Part shown: one piece after another, positions 56,251 to 64,000 of the stretch
How the letters are laid out: every line of letters starts with the position of its first letter
Numbering within the stretch: position 1 is the stretch's first letter
Assembly: GCA_022750055.1 (NCBI GenBank)
Contig: JAKIWL010000002.1
Coordinates: 21,042-85,041 of the forward strand
Direction of reading: 5' to 3'
Source of the DNA: Thermoplasmata archaeon
Lineage (GTDB): Archaea; Thermoplasmatota; Thermoplasmata; Lutacidiplasmatales; UBA184
DNA: 64,000 nucleotides
Notes under the pieces: model-generated
Seen by the model: the letters and a program-made list of their open reading frames with translations, nothing else
Told to the model about the DNA's origin: nothing
Database searches by the model: none
Made by a program: the position numbers and the translations under genes

Positions 56251-57599
56251 GGGTGGGAGCCCTGGGCGGGCGGCTCCCCACCCGCGAGCTGCCGCTCGAG
56301 CTGCCGTCGGAGGCGACGGTTCGAGGCGATGCCGTGCGCCGCCTTCCGCGTCGTCTCGCAATACTTGAGAAGCGAGCGGACTTCCTGCGGGCGCTGGCCG
56401 CTTCCGCGCGCGATCCGGTGAATCCGGTCTCCCTTGATCAGGTGGATGTCGTCGAGCTCATCGGAGTTCACCGAATCGAGGATGGCGCGGAAGCGCCGGA
56501 GCTTCCCTTGGGTCTCCTCCATCTTCGTGTCGTCGATCTTCCCACCGCCCATCGAGGGGAGCAGGGACATCAGCTTCGAAAACGGACCCATCTGTCCCAG
56601 CGACTCGAGCTGGGAGCGCATGTCCCGAAGCGTGAACCGGCCGGCCATCAGGTTCTCGGCGACCTTCTGGGCCTCCTCCTTGTTCTCAAGCTCCTCGAAT
56701 CGCTCGAGGAGGGTCTGGATGTCCCCCATCCCGAGGAGGCGGGACACGAACCGGGTGGGCTCGAACCGTTCGAGGTCGTCGAGGTGCTCGCCCGTGCCGA
56801 TGAACACGATCGGGGCCCCACTCGTCGCCACGGCAGAGAGCGCCCCGCCCCCCTTCGCCGAGCCGTCGAGCTTGGTGAGGACGACCCCGGTGAGTCCCAC
56901 CGCCTTGTGGAACGCCTCCGCGCTGCGCCCGGCGCTCTGCCCCATGGCAGCGTCCAGGACGAGCAGCGTCTCCTCCGGCTGCAGTGCCTCCCGGACCCGT
57001 CCCAGCTCCGCGATCAGCTCAGGGTCGATGCCGGTTCGGCCGGCGGTGTCCACGATCACAGCCAGGTGGGGAGGGAATCGACCGAGCCCTTCGCGAACGA
57101 TCACTTCGGCGCGAGTCTCTCCACGGTGAGCATAGAACTCCGCGCCGACCTTCTTGGCGAGCTGTTCAAGCTGGTCCACCGCGGCCGGGCGGTGCACGTC
57201 CGCCGCGATCAGCCCGACGCGGATGCCCTTCTTCTGGAGGAAGCGCGCGAGTTTCGCCGCCGTGGTCGTCTTTCCCTGACCGAAGAGCCCGGCCAACAGA
57301 ATCCGTCGGGGTTTGACGTCGAACGGGCGGTCCGGCCCGAGGATCCCGCGGATCTCCTCGTAGATGATTCGGACGAGGAACTCCCTCAGGCCGGCCCCGG
57401 CGGGAGGCTTTTCATCGTGGGCGCGGCGCTTGACCCGTTGGGTCAGGTCCAGGGCAAGCTGGACGTTGACGTCCGCTTGCAGTAGCGCCCGTTGGATATC
57501 CCGCGCTACCTCCGCCAGGAGCGCATCGTCGATCGTGGACCCGCGCGCTACCTTCTGGAGAACGCTGCGAAGCGACCTTCCCAAAGAATCCAGGACCAT
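56247..57599 (-). CDS. srp54: Signal recognition particle protein SRP54
   Basis: DIQRALLQADVN, G.FGQGKTTT, DVHRPAA, DTAGR, TKLDGSAKGGGALS, M-domain FTL.DM..Q...MGP, RIARGSG. Confidence 0.97.
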   Translation of the reverse strand: MVLDSLGRSLRSVLQKVARGSTIDDALLAEVARDIQRALLQADVNVQLALDLTQRVKRRAHDEKPPAGAGLREFLVRIIYEEIRGILGPDRPFDVKPRRILLAGLFGQGKTTTAAKLARFLQKKGIRVGLIAADVHRPAAVDQLEQLAKKVGAEFYAHRGETRAEVIVREGLGRFPPHLAVIVDTAGRTGIDPELIAELGRVREALQPEETLLVLDAAMGQSAGRSAEAFHKAVGLTGVVLTKLDGSAKGGGALSAVATSGAPIVFIGTGEHLDDLERFEPTRFVSRLLGMGDIQTLLERFEELENKEEAQKVAENLMAGRFTLRDMRSQLESLGQMGPFSKLMSLLPSMGGGKIDDTKMEETQGKLRRFRAILDSVNSDELDDIHLIKGDRIHRIARGSGQRPQEVRSLLKYCETTRKAAHGIASNRRLRRQLERQLAGGEPPAQGSHP

Positions 57600-57771
57600 G
57601 CTGCAGACCCACGGAAGCGTGCGGTCCGCTTCCCGGATGGATGGGACCGACCCGCCGTAATTAGATTACCGGGAGCGCTTGCGCTCCGCTGGCTTCAAGA
57701 AGCCGGCATGCCCGTCCAATTCGGGCGGCAAGCGTCAAGAGAGCGCCTCCGCTCTATCTGCCGGAGCATCG

Positions 57772-59226
57772 ATGGCCGCTGTGAGCCCGAAACCTCCCAT
57801 CATACCCCCCAAGCTCAATCCGGTCCGAGTCCCGATCGAGGAAGAGCCGGTCGGGGGCCGGACCACGGACTTCCGCGAGGTCCTCCACGCCTACTCCAAG
57901 GAGGAGGCCGTCCTGGAGGCCCGGCGGTGCATCCAATGCCGTCGACCCTGGTGCGTCGAGGCCTGTCCTATCACGCAGGATTGCAAGGAGTACATCCGCC
58001 TCATCGCGATCGAAGACTGGGACGGGGCGTCGCACATGGCGACCCTCGACAATCCACTCGCCACGTCGCTGTGCAAGGTGTGCTACCATTACTGCGAGGA
58101 ATCCTGCGTCGTGAAGAAGAAGGGCGTGCCCATCGCGATCCGACATCTCAAGCGTGCGGCACTCGACCACGGGACCCCCGACCTCGTCTATGTTCCCTCC
58201 CGCCCGAAAGGCCAGCGAGTGGCCGTGGTCGGAGGTGGACCCGCCGGAATGATGGCGGCCTGGGAGCTCGGCGTTCGGGGATACGGGGTCACGGTCTACG
58301 AGCAGGAAAAGCGGGTGGGCGGGCTCATGCAGACGATCCCCGCCTACCGCATGACCGATGCCGACGTAGAGGCCGATCGAGCTCGTTTTCGCGAGCTCGA
58401 TGTGACCTGGGTTCTCGATCGGAAGATCGGACGCGATTTTCCGGCCACGAAACTCCTCGAGGAGGGGTACCAAGCGGTCTTCCTCTCGGTCGGAACGCCC
58501 CTGCACCGGACCTTGAAGGTCCCGGGGGAGTCTCTGCCCGGGGTGATTCCGGCGCTCCCCTTCCTCAAGGCGATCGGAGAGGGACACCCGATGGCGTTGG
58601 GCCGCCGGGTGATCGTGATCGGAGGGGGCGACGTGGCGATGGATGCGGTCCGGTCCTCCTTGCGACTCTGCCCGACGCGCGACGTCACCCTCGTCTACCG
58701 ACGGGGCCGGGCCGAGATGCCGGCGGACCCGGAGGAGGTACACGGTGCCGAGCAAGAGGGGATCCGCTTCCTGTTCCTGAAGACCCCGATCCGCATCGCC
58801 GGCGAATCGACGGTCACCGGGGTTGAGGTTCAGTCGATGCAACTGGGGCCGGCTACGCCTGGGGGCCGGCGAACCTCCGTGCCCATCCTCGGATCCGAGG
58901 AGACCCTGCCCTGCGACACCGTCGTGGTCGCGGTGGGCCAAAGAGCGGACTTGACGGGGTTGGACGGTCCCCTCGACCTGCAGATCGCGACCATGGGATG
59001 GCCGGAGGGAAAAGGGGCCGGATTCGCGACGGCCGTGCCTGGCGTCTTCGCGGCGGGGGGTCGCTCGGTGGTGTACGCCATGGGAAACGCCAAGAGCGCC
59101 GCCGACGCGATCGATGCCTATCTCTCAGAGAAGCGGGGAGAGCCGACGGGACCTCGGCCGAACGCCTTCGGGTCGGGGCCGCCTTTCCACCTGCCGCCGG
59201 GCTACACGAAGCCCATCCGGTCGTAG
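57772..59226 (+). CDS. GltD/SudA-like NAD(P)H-dependent Fe-S flavoprotein
   Basis: EARRCIQC..PWC..ACP, CKVC..YCEESC, GGGPAG, IPAYR, GGGDVAMD, YRR...EMPA..EE. Confidence 0.88.
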   Translation: MAAVSPKPPIIPPKLNPVRVPIEEEPVGGRTTDFREVLHAYSKEEAVLEARRCIQCRRPWCVEACPITQDCKEYIRLIAIEDWDGASHMATLDNPLATSLCKVCYHYCEESCVVKKKGVPIAIRHLKRAALDHGTPDLVYVPSRPKGQRVAVVGGGPAGMMAAWELGVRGYGVTVYEQEKRVGGLMQTIPAYRMTDADVEADRARFRELDVTWVLDRKIGRDFPATKLLEEGYQAVFLSVGTPLHRTLKVPGESLPGVIPALPFLKAIGEGHPMALGRRVIVIGGGDVAMDAVRSSLRLCPTRDVTLVYRRGRAEMPADPEEVHGAEQEGIRFLFLKTPIRIAGESTVTGVEVQSMQLGPATPGGRRTSVPILGSEETLPCDTVVVAVGQRADLTGLDGPLDLQIATMGWPEGKGAGFATAVPGVFAAGGRSVVYAMGNAKSAADAIDAYLSEKRGEPTGPRPNAFGSGPPFHLPPGYTKPIRS

Positions 59227-59331
59227 CGCGACCCTGGGCTCGGACCGAACCTCGGCCCTTGACGTTCGCCTGGGAACGCGACGGATTCGAAACTGCAGGG
59301 AACCTTTTGAACCAAGCCGAACTAGGGGGAT

Positions 59332-61863
59332 ATGGTGCGTCGCTTCGGGAGGACCCGCGCGTCCGGTCGGGCCGCCGCGGTCGTCCTGTCCCTCGTGGTC
59401 GTCCTCGCAGCGTTCGCGGCCTTCACGGGCGAGCGGCGCTCGCCCAGCTCTCTATCCGCGACCTCGGGTCGAACGACTACGGCCCAGGTCGCGACCTCGC
59501 CGCTCTTGCCGGCTGTGTTCCACGAACCATGGTCCGATCGGGCCGGATTCAACTCCACGGACCTCGCGAGCGCCCAGGGGACGGAGCCGGCGAGCGGGAA
59601 TGTCTCGGTGGAACTGACGTTGTGGCCCGAGAGCGATCAGCTGTACGCGCAGCGAGCTTCCGGTTCGCCCGCCCTATCCAACTCCCAGATCGCCGCCGCG
59701 TATGGGGTTCCGTCGGCCGAATACCGGGGGCTCGAGTCTTACTTCGAGACCCGGGGTCTCGCGGTCGTCCAGACCTCTTCGGAGCGCCTTTCCCTGCTCG
59801 TCTGCGGACCGGCCGATGAGGTCGGTGCAGCCTTCGGGACGGTTCTCCTCCAGGGAATGGTGGCGGGTCATTCGGTGCGCTTTCCGTCCACCGTGCCGAC
59901 CCTGCCGGCCCCTTTCGAGGGCCTCGTGTCAGCCGTCAGCGGCCTGTCCACTGGGTCTTCGCACTTTGTGATCCCGTTCACGCGGGACGCCGCACCGTCG
60001 TCGCGGCCCTTCCAGGGGTCGCCGAGCGTCATCAGCGCGAACGCCGTGCACGTGATCTACGGGTTGAACGAACTGTACAACTACTCCGGCTCGACCCACT
60101 GGGCCTCCGGGCAGAAGAATGGCATCGCCGTCATCCTGTGGGGATCGGGCTACGACCCCAACGACCTAGCGTACTTCTTCTCGCAGGAATACCCCTCGAG
60201 CTTTCCGCAACCCACGATCGTCGCGTATCCTGGTCCCGGCGCGCCCAGCCCGGCGGCGACCGCGACCAGCGACCCGTCCAACTCGACCCAGGAGATGACC
60301 CTCGACATCGAATGGTCGGCGTCCGAAGCACCCGGCGCGACCATCGACGCGGTCTATGCTAGGGACGGGCCCCCGAGCGCCGGGTACTCCCCCAACGATG
60401 CCGACATGGAGGCAGCCATCAACGAGGCGGTCAGCAACATCCCCGGGGTCGCTGTGATCTCGATGTCGTTCGGGAGCCTCGACGGGGGCGACCCCTCTTT
60501 CCAAGCGGCCCTGTCACAGGATTTTGCGCTCGCCCAGGCAAAAGAGATCACGGTGTTGGCCGCTTCGGGCGACTCCGGCGGCACGGTCAAGGGACCGCCC
60601 GATTGCAGCGGGGGCCTGGCTCCTCAGTTCCCGGCGGCCTCGCCCTACGTGCTCGCGGTCGGGGGTACGGCCCCCATCGTCAGTAAGGACGCATTCGGAA
60701 CCGTGACGGGCCTCGCCTCGGAATCGGCCTGGGATGGCTCCGGCGGCGGATACTCCGCTGCCTATCTCGCTCCCGGTTGGGAAACGCTCGGCTCCGCGGG
60801 CCAAGCGATCCAGGCTCACGGGGGCCACCGCGGCATCCCGGATGTGGCCGGCCCCTCGGCGGAGAACCTGTTCTACTACGCCGCGAACCTGAACTACGGG
60901 TCCGGGACGAGCTTCGCCACCCCGATGTGGGCCGGCCTGATCGCCGAGATGAACGCCATCCGAGGCGCGCCGCTCGGCTTCATCACGGACCGTCTTTACT
61001 CGCTCGCGAACGCGCAGACGACCGCCGGAGGTTCGGGGATCGCCGATATCAACGGTGGCTCGAACTGCATCGCGACCGCGACCACGGGCTGGGATGCCGC
61101 GACCGGGTGGGGCTCGCCTCGAGCGTTGCCTCTCTACGAACATATCGCCGGGACGTTCGTCGACGTGACGGTCCTCTCCTCGGGCTCCTCCGTCGCTCCG
61201 GGCGCGTCCGTGACGATCACCGCCAGCGTCCGGAACGCGACGAGCCACAAGGCGATCAGCGCCCTTTCGGTCGACTTCACGATGACCGGCAGTTTCCCCG
61301 GTCCCTGCACGGGATCTCTCGCGTCGGTCGCCAACGCGACCACCGATTCGCTCGGGACGACCAACGTCTCCCTGACCGTCCCGTCGTGCTACCTCGGGTC
61401 GGACGTCTCGATCTCCGCGACCGTGAACTCCGGCGGGTACCTCGGGGGGAATTCGACCACCGTCGGGATCAATCTGTTCGGTCTGGCCGGCCTGATCGCC
61501 GTCTCCGAGACCTTCCCGTACAACGTGATCGTGTTCACCGCCATCATGGGAGTCGCGCTCTCGATCGGACTGTGGTTCGGGCGCCGACGCTCCCGACCTA
61601 GAACCATGGCGCCCGCGCCCCGAATGCCCTCGGTGACCGGTCTACCCCCGCCCCCTCCTCCACCTCCTCCGCCACCCGCCCCTCCCCCTCCGGCTCCTGC
61701 ATTGGCGAGTCCGCCAGTGGCCGCCCCTTTAGCTCAACGACCCGTGGTCGCCCCTGCTCGTCGGCTTCCACGGAAGGCGCCCCCCCGAACCGTCCGCCGC
61801 CCTCCCCGAGGCGCGCCGCCGCCTTCGGATAGTCCGGGGGCACCGGGGCCGGGCCCACCGTGA
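59332..61863 (+). CDS. Membrane-anchored S53 (sedolisin/kumamolisin) serine-carboxyl peptidase with a pro-domain
   Basis: Catalytic EMTLD (Glu/Asp), ASGDSG oxyanion Asp, PAASPYVLAVGGT, GTSFATP (Ser), GWDAATGWGSP. C-terminal TM and poly-Pro tail. Confidence 0.92.
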   Translation: MVRRFGRTRASGRAAAVVLSLVVVLAAFAAFTGERRSPSSLSATSGRTTTAQVATSPLLPAVFHEPWSDRAGFNSTDLASAQGTEPASGNVSVELTLWPESDQLYAQRASGSPALSNSQIAAAYGVPSAEYRGLESYFETRGLAVVQTSSERLSLLVCGPADEVGAAFGTVLLQGMVAGHSVRFPSTVPTLPAPFEGLVSAVSGLSTGSSHFVIPFTRDAAPSSRPFQGSPSVISANAVHVIYGLNELYNYSGSTHWASGQKNGIAVILWGSGYDPNDLAYFFSQEYPSSFPQPTIVAYPGPGAPSPAATATSDPSNSTQEMTLDIEWSASEAPGATIDAVYARDGPPSAGYSPNDADMEAAINEAVSNIPGVAVISMSFGSLDGGDPSFQAALSQDFALAQAKEITVLAASGDSGGTVKGPPDCSGGLAPQFPAASPYVLAVGGTAPIVSKDAFGTVTGLASESAWDGSGGGYSAAYLAPGWETLGSAGQAIQAHGGHRGIPDVAGPSAENLFYYAANLNYGSGTSFATPMWAGLIAEMNAIRGAPLGFITDRLYSLANAQTTAGGSGIADINGGSNCIATATTGWDAATGWGSPRALPLYEHIAGTFVDVTVLSSGSSVAPGASVTITASVRNATSHKAISALSVDFTMTGSFPGPCTGSLASVANATTDSLGTTNVSLTVPSCYLGSDVSISATVNSGGYLGGNSTTVGINLFGLAGLIAVSETFPYNVIVFTAIMGVALSIGLWFGRRRSRPRTMAPAPRMPSVTGLPPPPPPPPPPPAPPPPAPALASPPVAAPLAQRPVVAPARRLPRKAPPRTVRRPPRGAPPPSDSPGAPGPGPP
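61643..61697 (+). repeat. Low-complexity CCN codon run encoding poly-proline
   Basis: Encodes LPPPPPPPPPPPAPPPPAP in the cytoplasmic tail of the S53 peptidase. Confidence 0.8.
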
Positions 61864-62558
61864 AGCGCGGCGGGTCCACGACCGGGACGATCGCGGACCA
61901 GACTCGGTTGTACATCGAAGACCACGCGAGCCTCCGGGAGGGGCTTCGAGAAGACCTGCTGAATTTCACCGCCCTCGCCCGGAAGATCCAGTCCGAGGCC
62001 GGGCTTCGCAACGAGGAGGCGGTCACGATCGCCGCCCGCCGCTATCAGCGCAATCTCGATCGCGAGCAGTCCGACTTGGGGCGAGTCCGCGCGATCGTTG
62101 GGCGCAGTCGCCTCGAGGTCCACCCGCGGGTCGCCATCGTTCGGATCCGCGACGATTCGGACACGATCGACCGATTGTTGTCGATCGGCCGACGCACGCT
62201 GACGACCCCGTCGAAACGCAGGGTCTTCCAACTCTTCCTCGGCACTCGAGCGATCACGGTTCTATGTGAAGAGACGCTCCTCGCCGCGATCCTACCCGAG
62301 GTGCCTGCCCGCCTTCTCCTCGGCGTCGAGCGGGGACTCGGCACCCTCGCCTTCCGAAGCAGCCCGGAAGTGGCCGACATCCCGGGCGTGCTCTCGTTCA
62401 TCGCAGACGCGCTCTATCGGGCGGGCATCAACTGCCTCGAGACGATCAGCGTCTACACCGACTCGATCTTCGTTTTCCGAGACGCCGACCTACTGAAGGC
62501 CTACCAGGCGCTCTCCGAACTCGTCCCGGCGGGGCAGGCCGAGCCCGGCCCCGCCTGA
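61860..62558 (+). CDS. ACT-domain protein with an N-terminal helical domain (putative amino-acid-responsive regulator)
   Basis: LNFTALARKI N-terminus and C-terminal ACT SPEV..IPGV...I...L...GIN..E.IS.YTD. GTGA overlap with the S53 gene. Confidence 0.8.
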   Translation: MKRGGSTTGTIADQTRLYIEDHASLREGLREDLLNFTALARKIQSEAGLRNEEAVTIAARRYQRNLDREQSDLGRVRAIVGRSRLEVHPRVAIVRIRDDSDTIDRLLSIGRRTLTTPSKRRVFQLFLGTRAITVLCEETLLAAILPEVPARLLLGVERGLGTLAFRSSPEVADIPGVLSFIADALYRAGINCLETISVYTDSIFVFRDADLLKAYQALSELVPAGQAEPGPA

Positions 62559-62655
62559 GTCGCGTGGCCAACAGTTGCCCCACCCGGCCGACCCCAGGGG
62601 GACACCACCCTCATGGAGGGCGCCCCCCGTCGTTTCCTTCTCGGTCCCCGTCGAC

Positions 62656-63666
62656 ATGGCGAGCGCAGCGGTACTCGGCGCCGGCGGGTACCTCGGGGGC
62701 GAGCTCCTTCGATTGCTTTCGAACCATCCGTCGCTCTCGGTCACCTCGGCCGTCTCGAAGAGTCATGCGGGCCAGTCGATCCGCCAGGTCCACCCGAACC
62801 TCGAAGCGTTTCCTGATGTGATCCTCGCCGCCGATGCCGCTCACGTCGATGCGGACGTCGCATTCCTCGCCCAACCGGCGGGCGAGGCGATGCAGACGGT
62901 GCCGTCGCTCTTGCAGCGCGGGATCCGCGCGGTCGACCTCGGCCCGGACTATCGTCTACCCGACCCTAACGAGTACGCCCGGGTCTACGGTCGACCTCAC
63001 GCCGACCCGGATCACCTCGCCGAGGCGGCCTACGGCCTCCCGGAACTCTTCCGGGATTCCATCCGAAGGGCCCGGCTGGTGGCCAATCCGGGCTGCTATC
63101 CAACGGCCTCCCTGCTGGCGATCGCCCCGCTGCTCGAAAAGGGAATGATCACCGGACCGGTGATCGTCGACGCGAAGAGCGGCACGTCGGGGGCGGGCCA
63201 CGACCCCTCGCCCTCGACGCACCACCCCGAAGCCGCGCTCACGGTCTGGCCCTACGGCGCTCCCGAGCACCGGCACGTGCCGGAGATGCGCGCGGCGATC
63301 GCACGGACCGGGGCCGCGACGCCTCCGATCGTCTTCGTCCCCCACCTGGTCCCCCTGGTACGGGGGATCCTGTGCTCGGTGTATCCGACCCCTCTCTCCT
63401 CCGACCGCTCTCGTTGGGCCGACGTCCTCGAGTCCAGGTACCGCGACTCTCCCTTCGTCCGAGTCGGGGCCGTCCCCCGGCTCCCGTGGGCCCTCGGTAC
63501 TAACCGGTGCTACCTGTCCGTCCAGCAGGCGGGCGACGCCCCCGTCGTGTTCAGCGCCATCGATAACCTCGGGAAGGGCGGCGCTGCCCAGGCGATCCAG
63601 AACGCGAACCTCCTCATGGGGTGGCCGGAGACGACCGGACTCGACCGGCCGGGATTCGGCGTATGA
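62656..63666 (+). CDS. argC: N-acetyl-gamma-glutamyl-phosphate reductase
   Basis: GAGGY.GGELLRLL..HP, DL..DYRL, YGLPEL, VANPGCYPT, SGTSGAG, HRH.PE, PHLVP..RGI, DNLGKG.A.QA.QN.N. Confidence 0.95.
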   Translation: MASAAVLGAGGYLGGELLRLLSNHPSLSVTSAVSKSHAGQSIRQVHPNLEAFPDVILAADAAHVDADVAFLAQPAGEAMQTVPSLLQRGIRAVDLGPDYRLPDPNEYARVYGRPHADPDHLAEAAYGLPELFRDSIRRARLVANPGCYPTASLLAIAPLLEKGMITGPVIVDAKSGTSGAGHDPSPSTHHPEAALTVWPYGAPEHRHVPEMRAAIARTGAATPPIVFVPHLVPLVRGILCSVYPTPLSSDRSRWADVLESRYRDSPFVRVGAVPRLPWALGTNRCYLSVQQAGDAPVVFSAIDNLGKGGAAQAIQNANLLMGWPETTGLDRPGFGV

Positions 63667-64000
63667 CGCAGGGAATCCGGGTGCCGGGTGGCATCACCAC
63701 CCCGAAGGGATATCGAGCGGGCGGCGTTGCCGCGGGCGTCAAGCGGAGCGGCCGGCCGGACCTCGCGATCGTCCTGTCGGACCGGGACGCGTGCGCGGCG
63801 GGGGTCTTCACGACGAACCTCGTCAAGGCCGCGCCCGTCCTGATGGGGATGGAGACGATCCTGGCCCGGCCCTCGGCGATCCGCGGGATCCTCACCGTCT
63901 CTGGGACGGCGAACGCGCTCACGGGGGCGGAAGGGATCGAGGACAACCGTTCCGTGCTATCGGCGGCAGAATCGGAGTTTGGCCTGCCGGCCGGCAGCCT
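63663..64000 (+). CDS. argJ: Ornithine acetyltransferase ArgJ (3'-partial, not in the ORF track)
   Basis: Hand translation: MTQGIRVPGGITTPKGYRAGGVAAGVKRSGRPDLAIV...AAGVFTTNLVKAAPV...SGTANALTG..G..D. ATGA overlap with argC. Confidence 0.9.
   Translation, partial: MTQGIRVPGGITTPKGYRAGGVAAGVKRSGRPDLAIVLSDRDACAAGVFTTNLVKAAPVLMGMETILARPSAIRGILTVSGTANALTGAEGIEDNRSVLSAAESEFGLPAGS

Noticed and set aside
57600-57771. SRP (7S) RNA next to srp54
   Set aside because: Too short for the ~300-nt archaeal SRP RNA, and no helix-8 GNRA/SRP54-binding motif is visible.
1-64000. CRISPR arrays, IS elements, provirus, rRNA, defence systems
   Set aside because: No regularly spaced direct repeats, transposase, integrase, capsid or nuclease motifs, or rRNA-like sequence were seen by eye.

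Overview
A GC-rich (roughly two-thirds G+C by eye), gene-dense archaeal chromosome segment. TBP, two Orc1/Cdc6, SRP54, Dph5, Pth2, a class I CCA-adding enzyme, an ATP-dependent ligase and an intron-containing tRNA-Leu show it is archaeal. Gene content and the TPP riboswitch suggest a high-GC Thermoplasmatota lineage (inference). I found no transposase, integrase, CRISPR array, rRNA or provirus. Contents in order: three large Cys- and sequon-rich membrane-anchored surface proteins, cdc6, an aldehyde dehydrogenase, a methanogen-type SerRS, a Hef-like helicase, a KdpF-like micropeptide missing from the ORF track plus a USP, dph5, guaAA, ubiX divergent from a thiolase and an HMGS-like/DUF35 fusion, tbp-tatD-cdc6b-lipA, cca, amrS, a YVTN surface protein, pyrF, a GT4, pdxS, a TPP riboswitch with thiBPQ, a triple Zn-ribbon RG-rich protein, tRNA-Leu(UAA), a PRC-barrel protein, lig, rpe, a peptide ABC system, pth2, srp54, a GltD/SudA-like flavoprotein, a sedolisin, an ACT protein, argC and partial argJ. 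The best signal is an archaeal TPP riboswitch with a readable, mutually exclusive translational expression platform. Next are the orphan KdpF-like/USP pair, the methanogen-type SerRS and two unexplained structured intergenic elements. All product calls come from motif recognition, not database searches.
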